A stretch of DNA of 64,000 nt, taken from contig JAQTRS010000001.1 in NCBI GenBank assembly GCA_028711705.1, positions 30,581-94,580 on the forward strand. Direction: 5' to 3'. Both the position numbers and the translations under genes were made by a program. Below the pieces are notes generated by a model. It had not been told where the DNA came from. It searched no databases and was given only the letters and a program-made list of their open reading frames with translations. Numbering within the stretch: position 1 is the first letter of the stretch; every line of letters begins with the position of its first letter. Shown here one piece after another: positions 28,944 through 39,237 of this stretch. The stretch is from Candidatus Moraniibacteriota bacterium (lineage in GTDB: Bacteria > Patescibacteriota > Minisyncoccia > Moranbacterales > UBA1568).

Positions 28944-30926
28944 ATGCATCAGGAAATTACATTTTTCGCCAAAACCAACTTCCGCAATCAGCAGCGGGTG
29001 TTCGGCATCAAGACCGACGATCGGCGTCGGCATATGTATGTTATTGGAAAGACGGGAATGGGGAAGACGAACCTTCTGGAGAATCTCGTCATCCAAGACA
29101 TCCAGCATGGGCACGGGGTCGCTTTTATCGATCCTCACGGAGACACGGCCGAAAAGATCATCAAGGCCATCCCGGCGCACCGTATCAACGATGTGATCTA
29201 TTTCAATCCGGCCGACCAGGAATTTCCCCTCGCCTTCAATGTGATGGAAAGTGTCAGTCTGGAGCATCGCCATCTGGTGGCTTCCGGACTCGTGGGCGTG
29301 TTCAAGAAAATCTGGGCGGACTCGTGGGGGCCTCGTTTGGAATACATCCTCCGTAACGCTATTTTGGCCCTTCTGGAGTATCCGGGAAGCACGCTTTTGG
29401 GCGTGACCCGCATTTTGGTGGACAAGGAGTACCGCAAGCGCGTCGTGGACAAGGTGACGGACCCGGTGGTGAAGTCCTTCTGGGTGGATGAGTTCACCAA
29501 GTGGAATGACCGTGTTTTGCAGGAGGTGATCGCGCCTATTCAGAACAAGGTGGGGCAGTTCTTGTCGAGCTCGCTTATCCGTAATATCGTCGGACAGACC
29601 AAGTCGTCTTTCGATGTGCGTGAGGCGATGGATTCGCGCAAGATTATCGTCCTCAACCTTTCCAAGGGTCGCATCGGCGAGGACAATAGCGCCCTTTTGG
29701 GTGCCATGATGATCACCAAGATCCAATTGGCAGCCATGGGACGCGTGGATATCGAAGAGGATGAGCGCAAAGATTTCTACCTCTACGTCGACGAGTTTCA
29801 GAACTTCGCCACGGAATCGTTCGCCAATATCCTATCCGAAGCGCGAAAGTACCGCTTGAGCCTTATCTTGGCGAACCAGTATGTCTCCCAGATCGACGAG
29901 AAGGTGCGCGATGCCATTTTTGGAAACGCCGGAACGATTATCAGTTTCCGTATCGGTGCGGCCGATGCGGAATTCCTCGAGAAAGAATTCGAGCCGGTTT
30001 TCATGGTGAACGATCTGGTCAATTTGCCGAAATTCAATGTCTATCTGAAACTCATGATCGACGGTGTGGCGGGGGATGCCTTCAGTGCGACCGTGCTGCC
30101 ACCGATCGAGCTCAAGTCTACTGTTGAAAATATCGAAAAGGTTATCCGCATTTCACGCGAGCGCTATACTTCCAAAAAGCAGGATGTCGAAGACAAGATC
30201 AGGCGTTGGACGGGCATGCTGACTGAAGAAGAGAAAGCGGTCTTGATGGACAGGGTGGCAGCCAGCCGCGCAGCGCAGCAGACGGGCGCTCCAGTCGGTA
30301 CTCCAGTGGCGTATCCGAAGCCAGCCGTGTCCACTCCGATGGCGCACACTCCTCGAGCATCCGCACCAGCATATTCTGTCAGCGCCCCTGTAGCCGCTAC
30401 TATGGGTGCAGGCGTAAGTGCGACCGTGCTCCCGGGCACGTCCGATAAGCCGATGTATGTCGCGTATTGTGCTGTATGTGATACTGAAATCAACGTGCCG
30501 TTCAAACCGGATGGCAAGCGCCCGACATTTTGTCGCGACCACCTAAAGGAATATCAGCGCACCGCTGCCAAGGCCAAAGAGGAAATGGAACGAAATGCCG
30601 CCGCGCGTCCGGGAATGCAGCGCAGCATTCCAGTGCAGCCGCACCTGAAATCGCAGGCACCGATCGAAAATCCGCGAACCGTGAATGAACGATCGGGCGT
30701 CCGTATCTCAACTGAAAAACCGCTGTCTTTGTCTCAGATGGAATATATCGCTCCGAAAAAGTTCACCCAGAAGCCCTCGACAGAAAGATTACCAGCGCAG
30801 GAGAGTGTTACGATTGATGCGCCTGCCGCCCCCGTGGCCCCTATCGCTCCTGCCGTGTCGGCACCTTCACAGACAGAGGAAGCTTCCGCAGAATCTGTTT
30901 TGCCGACTACTCCGTCCCTATTTTGA
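28944..30926 (+). CDS. VirD4/TraG/HerA-like (DUF87) ATPase with C-terminal Zn-ribbon and Pro/Ala-rich tail
   Basis: RRRHMYVIGKTGMGKT, IDPHGD, LYVDEFQNF, SEARKY; CAVC-x-PFKP...FCRDH. Confidence 0.88.
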   Translation: MHQEITFFAKTNFRNQQRVFGIKTDDRRRHMYVIGKTGMGKTNLLENLVIQDIQHGHGVAFIDPHGDTAEKIIKAIPAHRINDVIYFNPADQEFPLAFNVMESVSLEHRHLVASGLVGVFKKIWADSWGPRLEYILRNAILALLEYPGSTLLGVTRILVDKEYRKRVVDKVTDPVVKSFWVDEFTKWNDRVLQEVIAPIQNKVGQFLSSSLIRNIVGQTKSSFDVREAMDSRKIIVLNLSKGRIGEDNSALLGAMMITKIQLAAMGRVDIEEDERKDFYLYVDEFQNFATESFANILSEARKYRLSLILANQYVSQIDEKVRDAIFGNAGTIISFRIGAADAEFLEKEFEPVFMVNDLVNLPKFNVYLKLMIDGVAGDAFSATVLPPIELKSTVENIEKVIRISRERYTSKKQDVEDKIRRWTGMLTEEEKAVLMDRVAASRAAQQTGAPVGTPVAYPKPAVSTPMAHTPRASAPAYSVSAPVAATMGAGVSATVLPGTSDKPMYVAYCAVCDTEINVPFKPDGKRPTFCRDHLKEYQRTAAKAKEEMERNAAARPGMQRSIPVQPHLKSQAPIENPRTVNERSGVRISTEKPLSLSQMEYIAPKKFTQKPSTERLPAQESVTIDAPAAPVAPIAPAVSAPSQTEEASAESVLPTTPSLF

Positions 30927-31158
30927 AACCGCTCGATAATTTGATATACTGTAAAAGAATCTATCCGTATCACGCAGAGTAATCGGCGAGCGGGATGAAA
31001 CGATGGATTGCAACCATTATCCGTATATCTCTTTGTCATATGCAAAATTTTCAGAGGCGTCATAAAAAAATATACGCTATTTGGGTTGTCATATCGGTAC
31101 TGACCGGCATTTCCATGCTACTGTTTCTTGTCGCACCTCTTTTCATGTACTAATCCCT

Positions 31159-31554
31159 ATGATCGGAAAAGCCTTTCGTTTTCTTATCCCTAAACTCTTC
31201 GTGATAGCGTCGCTTGTTTTGGCGTTTTGGATCGGGGATGTCACGCTCAAAGAAATGGATCGTGGGAAACGCATCCAAGAGGAAATCGCGTCGCTCCGTG
31301 CTGAAGCCCAGAAGACACAGAAGGAAAACACCGTTCTCCGGGAAAAGATACAATATTTCCAGACGGATGATTTTAAGACACAGGAGGCTCGCACCAAGCT
31401 CAATTACCAAAGTGAGAATGAACGGGCGGTGGTGATCAAGTCCGGCGTGGCCGATGACGCTGCTAAGACGCAGGAGATCGTGCCTGTCGAGCCCAAGGCC
31501 CAGGATTTCTCACCGAATTACGAGAAATGGTTGAAGCAGTTCTTCGCGGCGTGA
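31159..31554 (+). CDS. Septum formation initiator (FtsB/DivIC-like)
   Basis: TM helix, coiled coil, EARTKLNY..ENE. Confidence 0.7.
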   Translation: MIGKAFRFLIPKLFVIASLVLAFWIGDVTLKEMDRGKRIQEEIASLRAEAQKTQKENTVLREKIQYFQTDDFKTQEARTKLNYQSENERAVVIKSGVADDAAKTQEIVPVEPKAQDFSPNYEKWLKQFFAA

Positions 31555-31582
31555 ATTTTTTACACATGATAAAACATATACT

Positions 31583-32641
31583 ATGAATGAGCAGGAAAAA
31601 ATAAAAAGCATCAGCGTGAAGACCCTCCTTGCCGGAGGCGCTATCGTCCTTGCGGCGCTGCTTGTCGTGACGGCCGCGCTGGTGTATTTTTTCCCTCAGA
31701 ATTCGTGGGCGATGCGTGTCCGCCATATCCTTCCGTATCCGGCCATCCTGGTCAACGGATCGCACCCTATTTTTTTCCGCGATACGGACGAAGACGTCGC
31801 CTCTATCCGCCGTTTCTATGAAAGCCAATCCGATGATCTCTCCAAGGCGGGCATGCGGGTGGATTTTTCGACACCGGATGGGCAAAGGCGTCTTATGATC
31901 CGTGAAAAGGAACTGCTCAACAAGATGATCGAGGATGCTGCGGTGCGGATACTGGCCGAGGAACGCCATATTTCTATCACGGAAGATATGGTCAGTCAGA
32001 CCGTCGATCAGAAGATAAGCGCGCTCGGCAATAATCGCGAGGAGGTTGCCAAGCAGCTCGACCGCCTGTATGGCTGGACGATCAGCGATTTCGAGGAGAA
32101 AATAGTGCAGCCCGAACTCTATAAGGAGGAATTGTCCAAGGTCTATGCGGACGGTATCGACACCTCTTCTTCGGCAAAAAAGAAGATCGAGGATGCTGAG
32201 CACGATCTGAAGCAGGGCGAGTCGTTTGCGGACACGGCGAAGAAATACTCCGAAGGCAATACGGCCCAAGATGGCGGGGAACTGGGTTTCATCCCGGTGT
32301 CGAGTCTGACGGAGGAGGTCAAGGCGGCCTCGCAGAAGCAGAAGCTCAATCAGGTGACCGATATCATCGAGAGTCCGCTCGGTTTCCACCTGATTGTGAT
32401 CGAGGAGAGGAAGCAAGAGCAAGGTCAGGATATGATCCGATTGAAGCAGATTTTCACAAGGAAGATCACCTTCGCCGATTGGCTGACGAGTCAGATGCAG
32501 CGGATGAATGTCACCGTATTGTTCAAGGGATATATGTGGGATAAGGGAACGGCCCGCATCGAGTTCAAACAGCCCGAAATGAAGGCCTTCGAGGAAAACC
32601 TCTTACAGAAATCACAAGGAGACGCCTCCGTACTCTTCTAA
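31583..32641 (+). CDS. SurA/PrsA-type parvulin peptidyl-prolyl isomerase
   Basis: SFADTAKKYSE, DGGELG, ESPLGFHLI. Confidence 0.88.
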   Translation: MNEQEKIKSISVKTLLAGGAIVLAALLVVTAALVYFFPQNSWAMRVRHILPYPAILVNGSHPIFFRDTDEDVASIRRFYESQSDDLSKAGMRVDFSTPDGQRRLMIREKELLNKMIEDAAVRILAEERHISITEDMVSQTVDQKISALGNNREEVAKQLDRLYGWTISDFEEKIVQPELYKEELSKVYADGIDTSSSAKKKIEDAEHDLKQGESFADTAKKYSEGNTAQDGGELGFIPVSSLTEEVKAASQKQKLNQVTDIIESPLGFHLIVIEERKQEQGQDMIRLKQIFTRKITFADWLTSQMQRMNVTVLFKGYMWDKGTARIEFKQPEMKAFEENLLQKSQGDASVLF

Positions 32642-32679
32642 TGTTCTCATTCATGTAAACAGCTCTTAATATCAACCAT

Positions 32680-34005
32680 ATGGAAAAGAATACTCATGAC
32701 GAGATAATTGCGCCTACCAACGAGCCCGCTTTCGATACGGCACCGAATGCGGAACGGACGCTCTGTCGGAGGCATCACCGGTCACACCAGCTCCTTTTCG
32801 GAGCGCTGTTTGGCATTATTTTCGGCTTCATCGGCGGCGGACTCGCGCTCTTGTATATGCCGAAGATTCAGAGCGGCCTGCCTATCCCGTTCATGCAGCG
32901 ATTCCTGAAACCGACGGCGGAGCAGCCTCAGGCGGTTCCGCTACCGCAGAATCTGACCGTGGAGGATGAGGCAGTGATCACGACCGTCGATAAGACATCG
33001 CCTGCGGTCGTGAGCGTGGTGATCAGCCGGGATGTGCCGAAACTGCAACGGGGAGGGATGAGCCCTTTCGGATTCCCATTTTTCATGATGCCCCAGGACC
33101 TTCAGGGCGGGGATGCGCCGGCAGCCGGCGATACGGAAAAGCAGACCGTGGGCCAGGGTTCCGGATTCATCGTCTCGGCCGATGGGCTTATCGTGACCAA
33201 TAAGCACGTGGTATCGGCGACCTCCGCGGACTATACCGTCATTACGACCGACGGCAAGGAATTTCAGGCCCAAGTGTTGGCGCGCGACCCGAATCGGGAC
33301 ATCGCCTTGCTCAAGATTGATGCCAAAGATCTGCCGTTTTTGGAGCTCGGTAATTCGGATGCCGTGAAGGTCGGTCAGACCGTGGTGGCTATCGGGAACT
33401 CTTTGGGCGAATTCAGCAACACGGTGAGCAAAGGTATCATATCGGGACTGAAGCGTAATCTGGTGGCGGGTTCGGACGGTGGCGGAAGCGAGCGCCTGAG
33501 CAATATCATCCAGACGGATGCAGCGATCAATCCAGGCAATTCCGGAGGACCGCTTTTGAATACGGACGGCCAGGTGATCGGCGTCAATGTGGCGATGGCA
33601 CAAGGGGCGCAGAGTATCGGTTTTGCGCTGCCGGCGAATCAGATCAAGAAAATCATCGACCAGGTCCGGTCGACGGGAAAGATAACCACCGCCTTCCTCG
33701 GTGTCCGTTATATCATGCTGACTCCGGAAATCCAGAAGGAGAATGCCCTGCCGCTCGATCATGGCGCACTTATCTTGCGCGGGGATAAGATGACGGATTT
33801 TGCGGTTATTCCGGGTTCTCCGGCGGACAAGGCGGGGATTATGGAAAACGATATCATAGTGGAAATCAACGGTACGAAGATCGACAATGACCGACAGATA
33901 GCGGATATTGTTGCCGACAATCAGCCGGGCGATACGATGCAAGTCACGGTGTGGCATAAGGGCGAGACCAAAACTATAGCAGTCACGCTGGAGGAGAAAA
34001 AATAA
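32680..34005 (+). CDS. htrA: HtrA/DegP family serine protease with PDZ domain
   Basis: GSGFIV, TNKHVV, IQTDAAINPGNSGGPL. Confidence 0.93.
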   Translation: MEKNTHDEIIAPTNEPAFDTAPNAERTLCRRHHRSHQLLFGALFGIIFGFIGGGLALLYMPKIQSGLPIPFMQRFLKPTAEQPQAVPLPQNLTVEDEAVITTVDKTSPAVVSVVISRDVPKLQRGGMSPFGFPFFMMPQDLQGGDAPAAGDTEKQTVGQGSGFIVSADGLIVTNKHVVSATSADYTVITTDGKEFQAQVLARDPNRDIALLKIDAKDLPFLELGNSDAVKVGQTVVAIGNSLGEFSNTVSKGIISGLKRNLVAGSDGGGSERLSNIIQTDAAINPGNSGGPLLNTDGQVIGVNVAMAQGAQSIGFALPANQIKKIIDQVRSTGKITTAFLGVRYIMLTPEIQKENALPLDHGALILRGDKMTDFAVIPGSPADKAGIMENDIIVEINGTKIDNDRQIADIVADNQPGDTMQVTVWHKGETKTIAVTLEEKK

Positions 34006-34051
34006 AAACGCGTTTTGAGGTGGATTTGTTTTGATTATTATCGACACCCCT

Positions 34052-36700
34052 ATGAATATCAATCAATTTACATCGAAAAGTCAGGAGGCATTGAGAAATG
34101 CTCAGGAGATCGCGTTGTCACGAGGGACGCAGCAGGTGGATATCCCGCACCTGCTTTATGCCCTGATTATCCAGGAAGACTCGGTGGTCCCGACGGTCAT
34201 GCGTAAGCTGCAGGCGGATGTCGAAAAAGTGAAGGGGGCGATTTTGGGGATCATCGAGAGCCTGCCGCAAGGGGGTGCCGGAGGTGCTGCCGGGCAGATC
34301 TATGTTGCGCCGCATTTGGGCAAGGTGATCGATCAGGCGGAAAAAGAAATGAAGAAAATCGGCGATACGTTCATCTCGACCGAGCATCTCTTATTGGCGA
34401 TACTGAGTAATGCTTCCTCATCCAAAACGGCGCTGGAAAAAGCCGGCATCACCTATGATACGGTATTGAAGACCCTCTCGCAGGTGCGAGGAAGCCAGCG
34501 CGTGGAGAGCGCGGAACCCGAGCAGAGCTATCATTCGCTGGAAAAGTATACGGTCAATATGACTGAGCTTGCCCGTAATGAGAAGATCGATCCGGTAATC
34601 GGGCGCGATGAGGAGATTAGGCGCGTGATGCAGGTGCTCAGCCGTCGCACCAAAAATAACCCGGTGCTGATCGGTGAGGCAGGAACAGGCAAAACGGCCA
34701 TCGTCGAGGGATTGGCACAACGTATTGTTGCGGGCGATGTTCCGGACAATCTTAAGAATAAGGAATTAGTCCTGCTCGATCTGGCATCGATTCTGGCGGG
34801 AGCCAAGTTTCGCGGCGAATTCGAAGAGCGGCTCAAGGCGATTCTGAAAGAAGTGGATGCGGCGGCCGACAAATATATTTTGTTTATCGATGAACTTCAT
34901 ACTCTCGTGGGCGCCGGCGCTACGGAAGGGTCTTTGGACGCGTCCAATATGCTCAAACCCGCCCTGGCCCGCGGGAAATTGCGTACCATCGGCGCTACGA
35001 CACTCAAGGAATATCAGAAGTATATCGAAAAAGACGCGGCTCTGGAACGGCGCTTCCAACCGGTCATGGTAAGTGAACCGTCCGAGGAAGATTCTTTGGC
35101 GATGCTTCGTGGCATCAAGGAGAAATACGAATTGCATCACGGCGTGCGTATCACCGACGATGCCCTGGTGGCGGCGGTGAAACTTTCGAAGCGATACATC
35201 ACGGATCGATTTTTGCCGGACAAGGCGATCGATTTGGTGGACGAGGCAGCGTCGCTTCGTCGTATCGAAATCAACTCCTTGCCAACCGATATCGACCAAT
35301 TGGAGCGTTCTATCCGCCGTTTGGAAATCGAGCGTCGGGCCCTGGAAAAAGAAACGGATGAAGCGGGCGTTACGGAAAAGCTTCGGGATATCAATAAGGA
35401 ACTGGCCGATCTGAAGGAGCGTTCGCAAAAGCAGACCCTGCAGTGGAAGACGGAACGGGATCTTATCACGGCCATCCGCGGTCATAAGGAGAAAATCGAT
35501 GCTTTGAAGTCGGAATCGGAAGTGGCCGAGCGCGAAGGACGATTGGATCGTGTGGCAGAAATCCGCTACGGGGATATCCCGACTTTGGAAAAGCAGATTA
35601 AGGTGGAGGGGAAGAAATTGAACAAGGCTCAGAAGAACGGTTTCATCCTTCGCGAAGAAGTGACGGAAGAGGATATCGCGATCATCGTGTCCAAATGGAC
35701 GAATGTGCCGGTCTCCAAAATGCTGGCGGGCGAGATGGAAAGGCTGACGCATATGGAAACCGAGCTCTCCAAACGGGTCATCGGGCAAAAAGATGCGATC
35801 GCATCGGTCTCCAATGCGATCCGGCGTTCACGCTCAGGACTTGCGGAGGAAGGCAAGCCGATTGGGTCCTTCATTTTCCTGGGCATGACCGGGGTTGGTA
35901 AGACGGAGCTCGCGAAAGCCCTGGCCGAGTTTTTGTTCGATGATGAAAAGGCGCTTATTCGTATCGATATGAGCGAATATATGGAAGCGCATTCGACCGC
36001 CAAGTTCATCGGATCACCTCCGGGATACATCGGGTATGACGAGGGCGGGCAGTTGACCGAGATGGTCCGCAGGCGTCCGTATAGCGTGATTCTCTTTGAC
36101 GAAATCGAGAAGGCGCATCCGGATGTCTTCAATAGTATGCTGCAAATCCTTGATGACGGGCGATTGACGGATGCCCGGGGACGAGTAGTCAATTTCAAGA
36201 ACACGGTGATCATCATGACATCCAATGTCGGTTCCGATCTGCTCTCCAGTCCGACGCAGGAGCTGGGCTTCCGGGAGGAAGCGGACAGACAGGCCGAGGA
36301 GAACGAGCGGGAACTTCGGGAGAAAGTATTCAAGAGTCTGCGTGAAACATTTAAGCCAGAATTCCTGAATCGCATCGACGAGATCATCATGTTTCATCCG
36401 CTGACGCCCGAGATGCTCGCCAGAATCGCCGACATCCAGCTGCAGAAAGTGATCGACCGCCTCAAAGAAAGGAGTATCGGATTAAGCATTACAGAGGAAG
36501 CCAAAGCGTATATCGCGAAAATAGGGTATGATCCATTATACGGCGCTCGACCGCTCAAGCGCGTCATTCAGAGCCAGGTGCTGGACATACTCTCGATGAA
36601 GGTGCTCTCCAAGGAAATCGCGGAGGGCGATCGCGTGCGTATGGATGCAGTGCAAGAGAAGCTCATCTTTACTAAGGAACGTACCAAAACAAGAAAATAA
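34052..36700 (+). CDS. clpB: ATP-dependent chaperone ClpB
   Basis: Two AAA modules ([16 protein letters not shown]), coiled-coil M domain, GARPLKR. Confidence 0.96.
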   Translation: MNINQFTSKSQEALRNAQEIALSRGTQQVDIPHLLYALIIQEDSVVPTVMRKLQADVEKVKGAILGIIESLPQGGAGGAAGQIYVAPHLGKVIDQAEKEMKKIGDTFISTEHLLLAILSNASSSKTALEKAGITYDTVLKTLSQVRGSQRVESAEPEQSYHSLEKYTVNMTELARNEKIDPVIGRDEEIRRVMQVLSRRTKNNPVLIGEAGTGKTAIVEGLAQRIVAGDVPDNLKNKELVLLDLASILAGAKFRGEFEERLKAILKEVDAAADKYILFIDELHTLVGAGATEGSLDASNMLKPALARGKLRTIGATTLKEYQKYIEKDAALERRFQPVMVSEPSEEDSLAMLRGIKEKYELHHGVRITDDALVAAVKLSKRYITDRFLPDKAIDLVDEAASLRRIEINSLPTDIDQLERSIRRLEIERRALEKETDEAGVTEKLRDINKELADLKERSQKQTLQWKTERDLITAIRGHKEKIDALKSESEVAEREGRLDRVAEIRYGDIPTLEKQIKVEGKKLNKAQKNGFILREEVTEEDIAIIVSKWTNVPVSKMLAGEMERLTHMETELSKRVIGQKDAIASVSNAIRRSRSGLAEEGKPIGSFIFLGMTGVGKTELAKALAEFLFDDEKALIRIDMSEYMEAHSTAKFIGSPPGYIGYDEGGQLTEMVRRRPYSVILFDEIEKAHPDVFNSMLQILDDGRLTDARGRVVNFKNTVIIMTSNVGSDLLSSPTQELGFREEADRQAEENERELREKVFKSLRETFKPEFLNRIDEIIMFHPLTPEMLARIADIQLQKVIDRLKERSIGLSITEEAKAYIAKIGYDPLYGARPLKRVIQSQVLDILSMKVLSKEIAEGDRVRMDAVQEKLIFTKERTKTRK

Positions 36701-36703
36701 CCT

Positions 36704-37444
36704 ATGCTTTTCAATTTTTCTATTTTGTTTTCATCGCTGCTCTTTTTGGGCGGACTTGAGTTGGTTATTTTCCAATCCGAGCACGTGATTGCCTCGGCCA
36801 TGCTCATCACCGTCCTGACGCTCCATGCCTCGCACCGTATCGGCAAGGGCCTGTTTTCGGGCGTAATCCCTCTTACCTTCGCGCTTTCCGCGGTGATGCT
36901 GCTGTATCTGGTCGATTCCATGATGCAACGCCAGTGGCTGATCGGACTGAGCTTCGGGGTCTATTACCTTGCTTTTTTGGGCATATATAGGTTACGATAC
37001 TATGAGCGGGATAAGACAGCCCGCGGTATGGTGTCTTTCGTGGTGATGGCCACCATGTTCCTTTTTTATGCGAGCATTTACGGACTGTACCTCAATTTCG
37101 CTGTCCCGATATGGGGATTTATGCTGGCATACTGTGCTGTAACCGCGTTGCTCAGCTATCAGTATTTTCTGCTTTTCGACCAGACACAAACGCGTCGGGT
37201 GCGCATATATAGCCTCATACTGGGACTTTCCATGGCGGAAGTCGCCTGGATCATCAATTTCTGGCCGTTCGGCTATCTGACTACCGGCGTCGTAGTGCTT
37301 ATGTTCTACTACATCCTCTGGGATTTGGTTCAGAGCTATTTTTTGAAGGATCTCTCCAAGAAGCGCATTTTCGTACACCTTGTACTCTTCGGTTTTCTGA
37401 TCGGCATGGTGCTGACGAGTACGCGATGGGTTCCGGTGGCGTAA
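36704..37444 (+). CDS. Multi-pass membrane protein
   Basis: 246 aa, mostly hydrophobic; 3 bp after clpB. Confidence 0.8.
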   Translation: MLFNFSILFSSLLFLGGLELVIFQSEHVIASAMLITVLTLHASHRIGKGLFSGVIPLTFALSAVMLLYLVDSMMQRQWLIGLSFGVYYLAFLGIYRLRYYERDKTARGMVSFVVMATMFLFYASIYGLYLNFAVPIWGFMLAYCAVTALLSYQYFLLFDQTQTRRVRIYSLILGLSMAEVAWIINFWPFGYLTTGVVVLMFYYILWDLVQSYFLKDLSKKRIFVHLVLFGFLIGMVLTSTRWVPVA

Positions 37445-37469
37445 TTATTATTTCTAAGGCACATATTCT

Positions 37470-38648
37470 ATGAACGTTGTGAAGAAAATCGGATGGATCT
37501 TATTGCTCATACTGTTCGTCGCGTTTTTCGGCGGCGTCGGTTCCGTCGTCATCGATCGCTATCTGATTCCGAAGTTCGCAGGATCCTCCATATTCTATCG
37601 TTTCGCCTTCCTCAAGAAAGCCACTGAAAACACGACCATTATCAATAAGACGGAGCAGGTGGTGGTGCGCGAAGATGACTCGGTGGAGAAGATCGCGTCC
37701 CAAGCGACGACCGCCGTGGTCAAGATCGTGAGCGTGTCGGACAATAAGGCGCTGAAGACGACGGATAATTTGGCGGACACGCAAACGAACGCACCGGCAT
37801 TCGTGGTGGGGTCGGGCGTTTTGGTGACCAATGACGGGTTCATCGTGACCTACCGCAAGGCGATCACGGAAAAGAGCGCGACCTATACCGTGATGCTCTT
37901 CAATGGCGCGACACATGAAGCACGGCTTCTGGGTATCGATCCTTTGACCAATCTGGCCTACCTGAAAATCCAGGCCGACAATGTCCCGGCCATCTCGTTC
38001 TCCAATTCCGGCGATGTCCGCTCGGGCAAGAAATTGATCGCGCTCGCCGCATCTTCCCAGGGTTATCAGAATCAGTTCTCGACAGCGCTCCTCAATACTA
38101 TCGACAAGACCTTCAACCTGTCGGAAAAGACAGTCTCTTCTTCCGAGAAGTTGGAAGGCGTTTTCACGATGGATTTTCCGAATCAGAAGGACTATGTCGG
38201 CGGACCGGTCATCAACTACAACGGCGAGATGGTGGGTCTTGTCGGATGGACCGAGATGGACAATCAGAAACAGTATTTTGTCTTGCCGTCCAACACCATC
38301 AAGTCATCCTTGGACTTGGCATTGAGGGATGAATTAAGCAATCGTCCGGTGCTCGGATTGTACTACCTCTCCATCACCAAGGAGATGAGCCTCGCATATC
38401 GTTTTGAACGCGATTACGGCGCCCTGGTCTATTCTCCTTCGGGAAAATCGAGTTTGGCGGTCATCGCCGGCTCTCCCGCGGACCAGGCGAACTTCTCGGT
38501 GAATGACATCATCCTTGCGGTCAATGGCAAGGAGATCAACCTCGACAATCCGCTTTCCGTCGTAGTTAGCCAATTGAAGAAAGGAGACACTGCCGAATTC
38601 CTCGTCTTGCGTAACAAGGAGGAAATAAAGATTTCGGTGACGCTGTAA
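37470..38648 (+). CDS. HtrA-like protein with degenerate catalytic residues and PDZ domain
   Basis: GSGVLVTNDGFIVT but YRKA instead of NxHV and YVGGP instead of NSGGP; GSPADQA PDZ. Confidence 0.8.
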   Translation: MNVVKKIGWILLLILFVAFFGGVGSVVIDRYLIPKFAGSSIFYRFAFLKKATENTTIINKTEQVVVREDDSVEKIASQATTAVVKIVSVSDNKALKTTDNLADTQTNAPAFVVGSGVLVTNDGFIVTYRKAITEKSATYTVMLFNGATHEARLLGIDPLTNLAYLKIQADNVPAISFSNSGDVRSGKKLIALAASSQGYQNQFSTALLNTIDKTFNLSEKTVSSSEKLEGVFTMDFPNQKDYVGGPVINYNGEMVGLVGWTEMDNQKQYFVLPSNTIKSSLDLALRDELSNRPVLGLYYLSITKEMSLAYRFERDYGALVYSPSGKSSLAVIAGSPADQANFSVNDIILAVNGKEINLDNPLSVVVSQLKKGDTAEFLVLRNKEEIKISVTL

Positions 38649-38675
38649 AGCTACTGATTTTACAAGTATCTACGA

Positions 38676-38702
38676 TTAGCACCCGTCCTTGACGAGTGCT
38701 AA
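38676..38702 (+). promoter_or_regulatory. CIRCE element (HrcA operator) overlapping the groES -35
   Basis: TTAGCACCC-N9-GAGTGCTAA (1 mismatch to consensus); TTGACG-17-TATAAT promoter at 38689-38717. Confidence 0.88.
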
Positions 38703-38747
38703 GTTTTTTCTTATAATTGAGGTATAAACAGTAATAGCGAATCCCTT

Positions 38748-39023
38748 ATGAATACCGTACACGTAAAGCCGCTCGGCAAGAATATCCTGGTCCTCCCGCA
38801 GCAGGCGGAGAAGAAAACGGACACCGGCATTTTCCTCCCGGACACCGCCACTCAGGAACGCCCCCAGCAGGGGAAAGTCATCGCCGTGGGGGAAAGTGAC
38901 AAGATCACCGTCAAGCCCGGTCAGACGGTCATTTACACCCGCTACGGCGGTACCGAAGTCAAGATCGATGACCAAGAGTACCTGATCGTGAAAAACGAGG
39001 ATGTCTTGGCGGTCATCGGGTAG
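38748..39023 (+). CDS. groES: Co-chaperonin GroES
   Basis: VKPLG, GIFLPD, GKVIAVG, YGGTEVK, EDVLAVI. Confidence 0.95.
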   Translation: MNTVHVKPLGKNILVLPQQAEKKTDTGIFLPDTATQERPQQGKVIAVGESDKITVKPGQTVIYTRYGGTEVKIDDQEYLIVKNEDVLAVIG

Positions 39024-39064
39024 GGGTAGATTGAGTGGTTCAAGTTCTATCATTGGAGCATAGG

Positions 39065-39096
39065 AAAAAAACAGGACTTTATTCAGTTCTGTTTTT
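39065..39096. terminator. Terminator after groES
   Basis: AAAAACAGGAC...GTTCTGTTTTT. Confidence 0.55.
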
Positions 39097-39237
39097 CGTT
39101 ACTGAGAACAAGATTCAAACCTTTTGTCTATTGCATTGGCTTGCATAAAATACATGATTCGGTGAAATAATGGTACTATATATTCAAAGAGGGTGGGTGT
39201 TGAATCGAGGCAGGATTTTCCCATATATATTAAACCT

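Noticed and set aside
30250-30926. Tandem repeat in the ATPase tail
   Set aside because: Low-complexity Pro/Ala coding sequence without a regular repeat unit.
20266-36390. Long antisense ORFs such as 20266-21543, 22047-23126, 31463-32422, 32941-34062 and 34766-35788
   Set aside because: Shadow frames of well-supported GC-rich + strand genes; no motifs.
39024-39060. tRNA-like GGTTCAAG motif after groES
   Set aside because: No cloverleaf or acceptor stem can be formed.
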